From positions 32,001 through 96,000 of the forward strand of contig BK006944.2 of the NCBI GenBank assembly GCA_000146045.2: a DNA stretch of 64,000 bases, read 5' to 3'. A program made the translations under genes and the position numbers. The notes beneath the pieces were generated by a model. The model saw only the letters and a list, made by a program, of their open reading frames with translations. It was not told where the DNA came from and searched no databases. Of the stretch, positions 21,354-34,900 are shown piece by piece (the first letter of the stretch is position 1; each line of letters opens with the position of its first letter). Origin of the DNA: TPA_inf: Saccharomyces. Its lineage: Eukaryota.

Positions 21354-21703
21354 CTTTCAGGCGCAGAAAACCTGAAAATAAAAAAAAAATGCAAAACGAG
21401 AGTAAAAGTTGTAATTATATTTATACTAATATTTAAATTGGTAATATGTAATTAGACTTATCATTCACTTTGGTTTAGCAGCTAGTCATGTAATGGCACT
21501 AAAAGTGCTTCTTTATCTATTATTTATACGTGACATACCATTACTTCTATGTATTACGTAAAGAATGACAAACGTTTAGTTTTTTTAATTTCAAAGAAAT
21601 CGTTGGAAGGTTCAAAAAGGATCAGGTGAGATATTAGAGTATATGAATGTTTCAGTCTCTAAGCTACACAAAGAACTAGCATAGTAGGACTTTAACCCAT
21701 ACA

Positions 21704-23602
21704 ATGGAACTCAACGACCCTTCAATTATATCAAGCAGCCAGTTTTCAGGTGAATTGTCTGACAGCGATACTGCAGCCGCTACTCACAAATCGCAACAAG
21801 CCATCTCAAATTTATTCCAAAAATTAGCCAAAAAGGGCAGAGAAGAGAAGCCAATCGGTAGCGTAGAATCTTCAACTGATAGCTCTAACATTTCTGTTGC
21901 TACGAGCGGTAACAATAAAGAAAGCAATAAAAAAAAAAATAAGAAAACGGCCATGCTAAATTTCAGCAGTTTGACGGACCCTATAACGAACTACAAACCA
22001 ATGGATCTGCAATACAAGACATATGCATACTCCATGAATGAACTTTATCATTTGAAACCATCTTTGGCAAGTGCTTCGTACGAAGAAGACCCACTTATTT
22101 CGGAACTTGTGAGGAGTTTACCCAAAAGAAAGTTTTGGCGATTGCGCATGGGACCTCCAGATCAAAAGCATGCTAATAACCATCATTTTAATGGGAACAA
22201 TGGTGGAGGCAGTTGGAAGGCTGGTTACAAGAATGGGAAAAACGATGAGAGAAGAATGAGTAGAACCAAAAACATGCAGGGAGGCAAACGAAGATCTCAA
22301 CAAGATGATGAAGAAAAAAAGATTGACCAAGAAATGCTGGAGATGGACAAGAATCTTCAATTAGGAGGTGACGTCGGCCATTCAATTGCAGATTTTGAAG
22401 ATTGGAAGGCAAAGATGAAAGAATTAGAATTGAAAAAACTTTCAAAATCTAAAGGAATCAGTAACTCTACCGCAATTGCTCCCAGGGAAAGCGCCTCTCA
22501 TGAAACACCCACCGATTTAAGACCGGTCATTCCAAGGGGCCCTAGTTCAATAACAGATTTTTTGAATTTAAAGAGGCAAGATAAGAAGGAAGAATCTTCA
22601 CAACAAACACCTGGTATTCCTGTTGGACAGCCAAGCCTATCCAAAACCAGTATAGAACAAGTTAACGAATTAGAAACTAATTCAGATTTGGGTAAAAGTT
22701 CATCATCTCGGTTTTCATCATTTTTCAATAAATCTGCCACTTCGTTGCCTTCATTAGATAATAATAATCAAGTGCCATCGTCAAACGTGTCTGTAGTAAA
22801 CAACGATGGCAACAGTACACCTCATCAAAGTGGTTCAAGACTGATGTCGTTTTTCAAAGAATCTAGATCGAGCACTCCAAATGCAGAATCGCAGTTGTTA
22901 TCAGCCTCAGACAAAGATAATGGAAAGATGCAGACTCTTCCGCAATTCCAGCAGCAACCGCAACAAATGCAACCAATGGCATTTACCCAGCATCCTCCTA
23001 ATAACAACGCATTTTTCAATGGGCTATTGAATAAAGGTAAAAGTGAAACTAGTACTCCTCCTCCTCCACCCCCAGGACTAATTGCTCATCAGGGTCCACA
23101 ATTTCCTGTGATGGGTGTACCACCAAATTTTCCACAACGCATGATGCCACCGCCACCAGGTCTCGTTCAATTCCAGAAAGATTCTAAAGATGTAAATAAG
23201 AAGGAAGACAGGCAATTAAGGCAAAATAAAAATCCAAACGGAACAAGAAATAGCAAGGGAAAACAAGAGGAAACAGCAACGCCAGATCTGCCTCAACAGC
23301 AATACATGCCACCACCCCCACCTCCAGGGTTTTTTCCAATGCATCCTAACTTTCCTAACGGCCCAATGCCACCATTACCACAGGGGTTCCCAATCCCACC
23401 AAATGGTATGTTACCGGTAACAGGACAACAGCCACAGCCACCTTATCCAAATATGATGCTACAAGGAAATTTCCCCCCTAATTTCCAGCAAGGTTTTGGT
23501 AGTAACTCCCCTATGCCAATTCCATCTATTATTAATGCCAATGGCAAAAATGTTACAAACCAGTTACCACCAGGATTAAACTCTAAAAAGAATATAAAAT
23601 GA
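21704..23602 (+). CDS. EAP1: eIF4E-associated protein, Pro/Gln/Asn-rich
   Basis: 632 aa. It contains the Y(X)4L-phi eIF4E-binding motif YSMNELY (residues about 109-115). The C-terminal half is proline-rich (PPPPPPG) low complexity. The length matches YKL204W. Confidence 0.92.
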   Translation: MELNDPSIISSSQFSGELSDSDTAAATHKSQQAISNLFQKLAKKGREEKPIGSVESSTDSSNISVATSGNNKESNKKKNKKTAMLNFSSLTDPITNYKPMDLQYKTYAYSMNELYHLKPSLASASYEEDPLISELVRSLPKRKFWRLRMGPPDQKHANNHHFNGNNGGGSWKAGYKNGKNDERRMSRTKNMQGGKRRSQQDDEEKKIDQEMLEMDKNLQLGGDVGHSIADFEDWKAKMKELELKKLSKSKGISNSTAIAPRESASHETPTDLRPVIPRGPSSITDFLNLKRQDKKEESSQQTPGIPVGQPSLSKTSIEQVNELETNSDLGKSSSSRFSSFFNKSATSLPSLDNNNQVPSSNVSVVNNDGNSTPHQSGSRLMSFFKESRSSTPNAESQLLSASDKDNGKMQTLPQFQQQPQQMQPMAFTQHPPNNNAFFNGLLNKGKSETSTPPPPPPGLIAHQGPQFPVMGVPPNFPQRMMPPPPGLVQFQKDSKDVNKKEDRQLRQNKNPNGTRNSKGKQEETATPDLPQQQYMPPPPPPGFFPMHPNFPNGPMPPLPQGFPIPPNGMLPVTGQQPQPPYPNMMLQGNFPPNFQQGFGSNSPMPIPSIINANGKNVTNQLPPGLNSKKNIK

Positions 23603-23934
23603 GATGCGTAACGAGCGAGTACTTGACAGGAAACGACAAAAACACAGTGAACATACTATCTAAAAGCATGTTCTTTTCCTTTTCATTTTTCATCTTTATT
23701 ATCTAGAGTTTGTATATAACATGTATCCTATATTATCTTATCCTATCATCATCACTTAACTTGTTATAATTCTCCCATATACTTATGTTTTCGCCTTTGA
23801 TATTTACTAGTCGAAGGAACTTTTTTCGCAGTTAGTAACGTCACGCTCGGAACTAAACATTAATGAATGAGATGCATTTTTATACAACACTTTTACAGGC
23901 TATATACAACTAAGTGATTTTCAATACATTAAAA

Positions 23935-26900
23935 CTACCAGAATGGACACCAACCGATATAATGTTGGCATAGGTTTTCCACTGATGTGGCTTGTTGGAT
24001 TAGTTTATCCACTTGTTCTGGAACGTCCAAGTCATTAAACCTTCTTATATCGTTCCCCGTTAATTTGTCAGTAATGCGCTTCAATACCAACATGGCCCTT
24101 GCATTTCGAATGGCATTCTTGTGCTCGTTTTCCACCCTTTGAACTTCTTCTTCGGTAATAGCCCCATTACTCAATAGCTCATTGGCATTCATCACGGGAA
24201 GTTGAATGCCCGTTTCTTCCTCAATTTTCTTTGTTGGTAAGTCAAAACCCCAATTGATCAAAGGATCGAAAGCAAAAGCTTCAAGGATTGCCATTAATGA
24301 ACCCTTGTTATCTCTAAGTACCTTCATAACATTCTCACAAGTAATACGGAAGCTACCTTCAATTCCACTCACTTCCATTGCATATGTTAACATTCTAGTT
24401 AATCTAAAAGGTACTTTTTCGGGGAATTTTTCTCTTAATATAGCAGCCTCGAAACAATCACCAAAATCAATATGAATGACTTTCCCAGTGATTCTATCCA
24501 ACATCAAATTACTAGGGTGGCGGTCACCTAACCCCAATATATAACCGGTCATGGACATCACGGCTAGCGATCGAGTGTAAGTAGTTCTACGCTCCAACCA
24601 CGTTTCCGATGACCTACTCTTCAGCCATAACACCTTATAAAGATCTTGTCCCTCCGTATTATTTAGGGCGTAAGTGAAGACTTCTACTTTCTGCAACAAC
24701 GTTAAATTGTCATAATCAGGTGCCATTTGTAACATGACCCAATGCTCAATGTTTAAAGGAATTTTTTTGGCTTCTCTATGCTCCCTAATTAATACATGGA
24801 ACGTGTCACTATTCGGTACCCAACCCAGTAACCCAGACTTCGGAGATAATGGGATTGCTGGATATTGCTGGATATCTAGATGCCTTCTAAAGCACTCAGC
24901 GTCATTTTGCAAAAGCGTGTTAACTAGTCCGAATAATTGCATGACCAAGCTATCCTGTCTAATGTCTTCATGTCCTTTCAACACATACTTATAATCTTTA
25001 CCATCACTACCCTTGATACAAAACTTTCTCGGTCTTTGTTTGGATGAGATTACTGAAAATACTGGCTCGAATTTAGATATTTTAACAATTGGTTTTCCAC
25101 CACTTGCACGGGTCCCGGGGACAGCCAATTCCAAATCATGCGCAGATAGTAGTTTTGGCGACACATGTTGTAGTTCAAGAGTTTGTAATTGTGGCAACTG
25201 TTTACCAATTTTCCTGAAAACATTATAGTAAATGTCCCACGCTTGGTTTAAATTACTAACATCTTTAGATTTTTTGTAATTCATCAGCCATTCGTAAGCG
25301 TCATTCAAGTCCCTACCAAAAGAATTTTGGAACGATATTTCCCTCAAAGTTTCCGGTCCTCTCTTCAGCATTTCGTACAGAGGCTCTAAAGCAGCAAACA
25401 TTTTTTCGGTATTATGTTCTCCAAAAAACTGCCTACTGGCGTCATCCAGACCCTCATACCATTGCTCATGCCAAAGCACCGCCATACGTATCAATTCGTG
25501 GCTGACAAGTTCAGCCTGGTCGACCAAAACTGGACTATGTATTCTCATCTTTTCTATGATGGACAAAGCTGCTTTCTGTCGTGAGAGAGATTCGGATTTA
25601 ATCGCAACCATTAAGGGGTACACTAATGCCTGCGGATGAGCCTTACCTAGATCAGATAATAGGGAGAGTAATGACCTACTAACAATTTGATTGGGTTGAT
25701 GAATTCTAGAAATTAACTGTGGCAACACTTCTAACCATGTGCCTATTTGGATTAGGTTGAAACCCTCGTGCATAGCTTGGGTTGCTTCTGGAATACCACC
25801 AAAAGTAAACCATAAAGTTAATAACCTTAATGCATCTTGAAGAGAGCTTGATTCTGATAAAGAAATGGAATGAAAAAAACCCTTAATTGCTGGAATTACG
25901 TGCCTGTGTATTAAATTAGAAGAGTAATGAACTTCCTTAGCATCAAATGTATTGACGCCGATCATGCCATTATCAAACTCATTAATATCAGTTACCGAGG
26001 AAGCATCACTTCCTTCCTGTTTCTTTTTAGAGACAGATGTTAGCATAGAAATGACTTCAAAATTGGCCAGTGCCCAGTTATGCCACGCTTTGTACCATGT
26101 GTTGTCAAAATGTGTAGCGAGCAAATAGGAGCCTAGGATCGAATCTGGATTGCTCAATCTCCATTTAGGCTGTAAGCAAACTCTCCATTCTCCTTGCTTC
26201 AAGAAACAACGAGCTAAAAGCTTAGTATAATCTTCAACGTGACGAGGGACTCTTTTGCTTTGTTGAGGAACGCTTTGAGCTATCATATTATTTGGATCCA
26301 AACCTAAATCATGAGCCATTCTAGATGTGAAATTAATTAATTGCTTCAAAGCCTCATCTTGCAACCCCGTAGCCCACAAGTACTTCAGTTGTGCATAAAC
26401 AACTGGAGGGGATGCCTTAGCAGTATTAGGATGATCTGGGTCATCTGTTTCTTCAAGCAATGTATTTAAGACTTTTTTAGCTAGCGCCATCCTACCCGAT
26501 TTTCTGCATAAGTTGGCAAACTTAATCCTCACTTGAGCATCCTCCTTTGGCTTTATCACCAATGATCTGACACGCAGAATTCTTTGCCACACATCAATAT
26601 TTTTTTGACAGCCCAGTAATCTGGTATTCCAAGTTTCTCTCATAGTTAGACGTTTATCTGAATTTTGTGGCAACTTCTTATATTTGATGATTTCCTCCAA
26701 CTCTGCTATAATCTGCGCTCTAACAACAACATTATATGCTCTATTGTAGCTTTCATTAACAAGAGCTGACAATTCAGTAACTAGAAGATCCCTTGCATTA
26801 AAGATGTGAACTTCCGCCTTCTTAAAATTATTCCTATGCAAACATAAAATTGCATCATAGAATTCTTTATCTGGAGACTGCGATTTCATGACGCTAGTAT

Positions 26901-29900
26901 ACTGGGCTATTTCATCCCATTGCTCCAAACCCCAGGCAGCGCCGGCAGCCAAAGGCGCCATTGCCTTCTTCACTTCGGGTTTTGCCGTGCCCCACTTTTC
27001 AGATGCCAATTTAGAAAGCTCTTCCCACTCTCCAAGGGCATATAACGATCTTAATTTTCCCATCATCACTTCAACCGAATCTTCTCCTGCTGCCTCCTTC
27101 TCATTATATGCTGCAAGAGCATCCTCCCAACGTTGAAGTTTTTCATACCAAGTTTCCTTCAGCTGCAATTCATTGTGTTGTTGCGCATGCTTCAAAATAC
27201 CAATAGCAGAATCAGTTTGGTGAAGTTGATTATTAATGCTAATCAATGCCTCGATTGTTGAATTTTTCGGCTCTTCTAAGAATTCTACCTCTTTGTAATG
27301 TAGTGCCTTCGCAAAAGCATGACATTTTTGGGCATACTTACCTAATGTATGGATTGGGATAGGCAATGGTTTGTCATCGTGCTCCATAAATTCCACTAAA
27401 TTTAACAACATTTGATAAATCTCGGGTGGGTTTTCAGAGGATGATAAAGCCTTGCATAATGCTTGAATCAAATCCTCTTGGTATGACGTTTGAAGCTCAA
27501 CCCAGCAACTTGAGAATGAAGCATTAAACAATTCTCTCGCCAACGGATAATAAACGCTGACTAAACTCGAACAGGATCGTAGACAAGCTGAAGGTGATTC
27601 CTTTAGAAGCTGAATAGATAGCCTTCTTATCCATTCTTGCCAATCTTCTTTGGTCTTCTGTTGAGAACAATACCATGCATTCTTTAGGATATTTTGGTTT
27701 ACCGGTAATTTCGTTACTTGCATTTCGTCTTCATAATTTTTCCTTTCAGGTACTTCGTTCTCCTTGTCAAATATGATATTTGTTGGCAAGCATTCATTGT
27801 TCAGTAATTTATTAACCAGTTGATCGTACACTGAATGCTGAATCCTATTCCTCAATAACGCCTTGTTAATCACTGGCACAAAGACCACAAAGTCGGTACC
27901 TAGTTGTAAAAGGAGCAAACTTAGCGTATTCATGGTTGCTTTTGTTAGTTCTCTATCCCCATTATTCAAAATTCTTACCAACGCCTGAACAATTCTTGAT
28001 GACATTTCAGAGAGGTTGATATTCTTTGCTAATCTACCCAAAGTTATAATGGAGATTTTCTTTAGACTTCCAGCAGAATACTCAGTCATTCTAACAACGA
28101 TAGGCATAATCAAATGGGAATAGTCTTCTAGATTCGGCCCAAAAGTAACCAAAGATTTTAATATACGAATCGGAACGATCCTTTTATTAGACTGGTCGTT
28201 CTCAAGAATATCAAGGAAAAAGGTTAGAGTCTCGGGAACAAATCTTTTAAACTCACCTTCCAGAGCCTTAGATATCGATTCTATGACAGAAATAATTGTG
28301 ATTTGTAGTTTAATGATCGGGAAAAACTCCCTGATCACACCATAAATTTTCTCGACATGGGGCCTAATATGTTGCTTGACAATTGAGATGAGAGATCCCA
28401 GTTGCTGAAAATAAAAGTCAAGTTGGGACGGCGGGCATGAACGCATGACTAAAATGATACCTGGAATAATTTGATCCAAAAAGGAGACACATCGTAAACC
28501 AAGGTTTTGAAAAATATGCATAATAGCTTGAATAGCAGCCGTGTGATGGATTGACAACGATGGATCATTCAATATCTTCATCAGATTGTGGATAACTACA
28601 GTGGGGTAATATTCATCGTTGGATGGAGATACCCCTTGCATTAGCAATGCGATGTCGATTGAAGGAGCATTTTGCTCTACTGAACTCTTTGAGTTTGATG
28701 TGACTTCTATTTCTCTGTGCTTATATGGATCAAGAGCGCCTAATATACCAATCAAACGAACAGTTCCACGCCTGATATGAGGGTTGTTTTCAGTCTTAAG
28801 AATATTTATCAAAATGCCAAGTAACTCTGGGTAGTCTAGTAAAGGGCCAACAACATAACCAGAGGAAGCAGCCAGCTGTCCTAATGTTGTTAAGGCGGCA
28901 TCTCTTTTAAAAGAGTTTGATTGGTCCTGAAATGTGTTAATGATCAATGGCATCAATTCCTTTAAGTAACGCGTCATTTCTTTTCCTCCAACAACAGATA
29001 GTTCACCCAAAACCTTTAAAGCGGTGGATGCTACGGCAGATGAAGCATCCTGGCATTTAGGAAGAATGACGTCTAGAATAGGATCAATATAAGGTTTCGC
29101 TACTTCATCGCTGGAATTTATCAGCGTACATAATAGAGTTGCACTTTCCTCCTTTTTTTTTGGCATATTTGAGAACTTCAATTGCGTTAATAGTTCCAGT
29201 AAAGTTTTCCTCAAAGAAGGAACTACATAAGCGGGGTTGACAGAACTCAATCTGCCTATTATTTTGATAGCTTCCAATTGAATACCAAAAATCTCATCGT
29301 TCAGCGCCATGAAAAGTAGGCGTAAATTGTCTGGTTGGGCCAATTGAGGATCAAAATTTGACCCCAAATGCTGAAGAATTTCCAATCTAATTTCTGCAAC
29401 CGGATCAGTTATTGCGATCATTAATAGCTTACTTAGCACTTCAGAAACCGAGTGTAAAGCATGAACTGATGTTTGTTTACATATATCGTCTTTGATAAAT
29501 AAATCACACGACGTTAATGCTGCCAATTTTCTGACAGACGAATCCTCATGCTCAATGTAAGAAATGGTTATAAGCCTAACAAACTCCGTCAAGGAATATT
29601 GATGATGAATTAGTTGCAGCATTTTAAAACACTGAATCAAAATTTGGGCATCTGTAATATCGTCATTAGATTCACCAGTTTTTTTCATGAAACTTTGGTT
29701 TCTTGATTTACGAGCCTTTTCAATGGAAAATTGATTATTAAAATCGTATTGGTTTGATTGAATAAATTTTTCACCAGATAAGGATATCGACAGTAAATTT
29801 AGTATCCTCGAATTAACGGTAGATTCCAAAGAGGGTATTTTCTCGTTAAGGATCATTAAAGTCTCCTGCATATGGTCGGACATTGGACAGTTTAACATCA

Positions 29901-31359
29901 AATTAAGAAGATCTTTGTTCAAGTGCTTAGCAAAAGCTGGGCCCAAAGCACAAGCTAATTTACCAATGCAATAAAATAAATCCTTCTCGAATTGTTTTCT
30001 AACTTTGAATTTCGTTCTTAAGCCTTCCCTAATATTATCCAGAATAAGTGTCATATAGGGTGAAATGCTCGAACCAACTTCAAATGCAATATCACCTATA
30101 GAAACTAATATAAAAGGTTTATCCGAATTATTTGCAGCATTCATATCGATGTTCTTCAAATATCTTAAATAATGAACCATTATCCTATCGAGATATTTCT
30201 TTGTGAAAATGGCAGGGTCAAAAGCAGCTAAAAGAGGTAAAATAGCATAAACTTCTCTCCTTATAACATCAAATTTATATTCCTTGTACTTCATAGTAGA
30301 TTTGTAAATATCATCATATTTATCCCTGAGATAAGGTGCTTTCAAGCTGAGTAATTCTCGAAATACCAACAGAGTAGCATGCACTGAATCATTCGTATTG
30401 AGACTTAAGCCATGTGTACAACCTTGAAATAATCTTTGAAACCACTGTTTTCCCAAAGCAGGGTCTCTATCCTGAATAATAGTAAGACATTTACCCAATG
30501 CCACTGCGGCATCTAATCGTATAATTAACTTTGCATCCCTTAATGGCACCCAAATATTGTCTAAGATAGAGTTAACGTAAGGGTATAAAAGATAGGGTGA
30601 ATTGTCTGCTAATGCCTTTATGATTAATAGCGCAGCATGTCTCCTGTATTCCAACTTAGAGCTCGATGAGTTATTATCTGCTGTCAGAGTAAGCCAATCA
30701 ATGCAAGTTCTGACCTCAAATTCGACGAAATCTGATGTTAATGTACCACCTGGCACGGTCAATCTACCTAAGGTGTTAGCCGCTAATCTCATAACTTCAA
30801 TGTCACTGGATGGAATTAAAACACGTAAATAGTTCGCCAGTCTTGAAGTTTGGTTTGGCAGCTCCTCTGTACTCAGGTAGAATGAGATCAGAGTATCAAC
30901 AGCAAGAATACCACCTATCTTCTCACTTGAAGTAAACCCGTGAATAAGTTCAAATATCTTATTGTTTAAACTGTTGCTAAACCTTTGAAATTGCTCAGCA
31001 GATACTTCCCTTGCTAATGAGGTCAAAGTAGTGCTTAATTCATTAGCGCCAGAGGCTCGTTCTTGTGGCACATCGCTTTTAAGTTTATCAAAAATCAAAT
31101 TTAAAGTAGAAAATGTTGTATCTAGTTCTGAATCTACAAAGGATATTTTACCAATATGACCAGCAGAACCAGTGATCACTCTACCAGAGTCATTGGGCCC
31201 ATTGTGATTGGAATCTGTGTTTGAAGTAGTTGACATCTCATCATCGTGGGAGTGCGATTTGTGTGTAAGTTTCTTTCTTGTTCTGTGTTTGCCTTCGGCC
31301 CTTTGTCGTAAAGACAATAAGTTAGGTGGCGTGGTGTATTTGTTAATGTATTTATTCAT
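23935..31359 (-). CDS. TOR2: Target of rapamycin kinase 2 (PIKK family; HEAT repeats, FAT, FRB, PI3K-like kinase and FATC domains)
   Basis: 2474 aa. The kinase motifs HIDFGDCF and [10 protein letters not shown] are present, and the C-terminal FATC domain ends ...YIGWCPFW. The length matches YKL203C. Confidence 0.98.
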
Positions 31360-31929
31360 TTTTCATATGGGGAAAGTAAAGATCAGAAATCTCTTTGAGA
31401 AAGATAACTATTTGATCTTAATGACTATGCTCTTTATGCACCCGGTATATTTTCCCTTTCTACTGCTCCTAATCTACCTGTAAATAAATACAAGTAAAGC
31501 TCAGTTAAGGAAGTGATTGGTGTCACGATGATAAAAATTGGTCTTTCCTACTGTCATTACATTTCTTCCAATTTTAATTGCTGCCATATATGTCAGTCTC
31601 TATTCAAACATATTCAGTGCTTAAAAAGGAATATCCGGGTAAATATTCTGACATCGCCCAAGAAATATACGATATAACTTAAAGAAAAGAGTTGTAGTAA
31701 GCTAATAGCATTAAGATTAAATGTATGTTTGATTAATTGCAATATCATGATGTTATAGAGTAACGTGGTATAATTACCACGATTCCGTCGAATTGTTTGC
31801 CACTTATCACTGGCGCCAAAATGCAGCAGTATGTAAAAAATGACGGTAATAAATATATAATACAAATGCATAGAGGAAAGGCTATAGAAATGAAGAGATT
31901 CATGAATTTTCAGTCAGGTTCTCCGACTT

Positions 31930-34900
31930 TTAATTGCTGTGCCCCTCCTCCTGCTTCTTTTTTTCCTCTTCTTCGTTCTTCTTCTTTTCTTCCTCTTCCT
32001 GCTTCTTCTTTTCTTCATCTTCATTCTTCTTGTTTTTCTCTTCCTGCTTCTTTTTTTCCTCTTCTTCGTTCTTCTTCTTTTCTTCATCTTCATTCTTCTT
32101 ATTTTCTTCATCTTCATTCTTCATCTTTTCTCCTTCTTCCTGCTTCTTCTTCTCTTCTTCTTCCTTCTTCTTTTTCTCCTCTTCCTCCTGCTTCTTCTTT
32201 TCTTCTTCTTCCTTCTTTTTCTTCTCTTCTTCTTCCTTCTTTTTCTTCTCTTCCTCTTCCTTCTTTTTCTTTTCTTCTTCTTCCTTCTTCTTCTTTTCCT
32301 CTTCTTCCTTCTTCTTCTTCTCCTCTTCCTCCTTCTTCTTCTTCTCCCTCCGCTTTCTTTCTTCAAGTAACTTGGCATAAGCATAGTCCTCGTATACAAT
32401 AATAGGGTCCTTATCAAACATTTGAATACCCTTTCTGTTAACGTCGGATAAAGTTGGCGCAAAAAGGTCTAAACCATATGAATTTAAATCCAAAAAGGAG
32501 TTGCTACTAAAGTTTAAATTTGATTTAAAATCCACAGGATTTACTTCAACAGTATTAGCAGGAGTATAATCTTCTGTGTTATCATCTAGAGTTGTTCCAG
32601 TTTCATCAAAAGTAATGTTGAAAAGTGAAAAATTCCTGTATTTCAAACTTTCGGACAGATCAATAATTTTTCCGACATATTCTTCATGAACAATCTTGGT
32701 AACTTGATCTAATGTAGTCTGGTTCATAGATTTTGATAAATCCTTCCACATAGCTTTTTCATAACCAAAAAGAAATGGGTCCTTTGCAGGGGAGCTTAAC
32801 TTAGGAGCAACATTAATGCGCAATTGATGTAATAATTTCTTTTTTTCAATAAATGTCAGGTTTTGGCAGTATTGAATTTCCAATTCCTTTTGCCTATATG
32901 CAGTGACATTGAAGGAATTGTACAAGTTAGTAAATACCTCGATAAAGCCAGCTTTTGGAATATTTTTATAAATTAAGCGAACATCATCCATGGATAGGTT
33001 TTTGAAAGAGTATTCAGAGACTTTGTTGGAATCAAAAAGTTTCGACTCAAATTTCGTAGACGATATTTCTTTCAAGAGGTTCGGATTCCATGAATTAATA
33101 CTGGGGATGTTTGGATACCATGAATTAATATTACTGCATTTCTTTAACCCGTCATAGTCGAACCAAAATCTAAATTCGGGCAAATAAGCAGTATTTTTGT
33201 AAGCATCAAATGCATATCTATCAGGTACATGATATTCATTGTGCAAGCAGTAGGTATGTCTGTGAGGAATCAACGCTGGCACACCATGGAAAACAGTATT
33301 GATTAAGGGAGATAGTTCCTCGAACGAGTTAAAATGGTTGTTTCTACAATTGTAAAGTTTAAGTTTTTCGTTGAGAAAATATCTTTGTTTAGGATTCAAC
33401 TTGTTTTCAATGGTCTTAGACTTTGGTAACTCTTCCAGTTCCTTTTTCAAAAGATCTTTCAAATCAGTATCAGTGGGGACTCTTTTATGATTTTTATTTT
33501 CGTCGCTGGTAATGTAATCACGTAGCTCAGTGATGTTTAGTGTAGCCATATTGACTAACCCATCATCTACTTTGTCGGGCAAAGTAGCGGTCTCACCGTT
33601 CGATTCAGGGATATTATTGATATCCAAATGTTCCTCTTGCAACCGCTCTTCAATATAAGAATTCAAGTAATCCCTACTAGGGGCAGAAGTGCTAGCTAGA
33701 CCGGTAATATCAATGTAAAGGCCGGTGTCGACGTCAATGAATCTTGCATCGATATTGTTTTTACCGTTACCGTTAATTCTTACTGTCAAGGAGTCGCTGA
33801 CGTCTAGGAAATAACGTCCATTACCCTGTCTTGGGTCTTCCAATATAAGAGATTGGTTGAAGTATTGACTGAGCAATTGTAAATGCTTAATGGGCATTTG
33901 CAAGTCGAAATCGTTATCCCAAGGGAAAGCCATTCCATTGTAAAGATAGCCGTACAGCGTTCCGTGAGACAACCAAGATATGATGCCGTTGGCTTTAGTA
34001 AACTTTTGGAATGTTCTGATCATTGAGTTCAATCTAGCCTGGTATTCTTGTTTATCATTGATTAATGTATCAACATTGAAGAACCTCTTGTCACGATGGA
34101 ACCCCATACCTTTATATTGCTTCACGGCACCAGCCTCATAGAAGAACTTTCTTTGCAATGCAGGGCTTGTCTTTACGGAATTCTTCAAACTGTTCAGATA
34201 ATTCTCATTATGAGCGGAAAATTTGTCCGGATAGAGTTTCTTCTGTTCCTCTAACTCTTCAATTTTTTTGGAGGCATCGAACTTGAAATCCGAAGGGGAT
34301 AAATAAACCAAATCTTTATCAAAAGTGAATTTATCAGTTTCTTCAATTTCCAGTTTGTATAGGGAGTTAACTTGGTCGTTATTGACGAATTCCTGGAAAA
34401 GCCTGTTATGGTTGAATTCTACGTCCTGTTTATTTTTCTTTCTCTTGTTCGTAGAATTAATGTTATCATTAATATATTCCTGCAACAGGCCGGATTGCAC
34501 CAAGTTTTTTGATTTTTCAGTTTGCAAGGGGACTTGATACGTGGAATTATCTGATTCGATGATGGAAATGGATAGTGGATGCGACTGTGTAGTCAAAATG
34601 TAGTTTCTTGCCTGCAATTGGTAAACTTCGGGTCTAACTTTATCATACAGCTCCTTTATTTGAAATTGCGTATTAAATCTTAAACCCTTAGGAGAGCCAT
34701 GCCCGTCTGGAGTGAATAGCTTGGAACAATGCTTTTTTAGTTCCTTTGAGTCTTTGATTCTGTCCTGGTTTCTAGCGGCCTTGTACCACAGTTTCTGCGC
34801 GTACTTTGGTCTTTCGTATAGGAACAAAGGTTCGCCGAGCTCTGTCTCAATGGCCTCTAAAGACTCTTTGTCGAAAGCGGACTGGAAAAGAAAATTGCAG

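Noticed and set aside
24206-31483. Multiple 70-90-aa plus-strand ORFs within or beside TOR2.
   Set aside because: All are antisense to the 7.4-kb TOR2 CDS or, for 31208-31483, overlap its start. This is the frequency expected by chance for a gene of that length.
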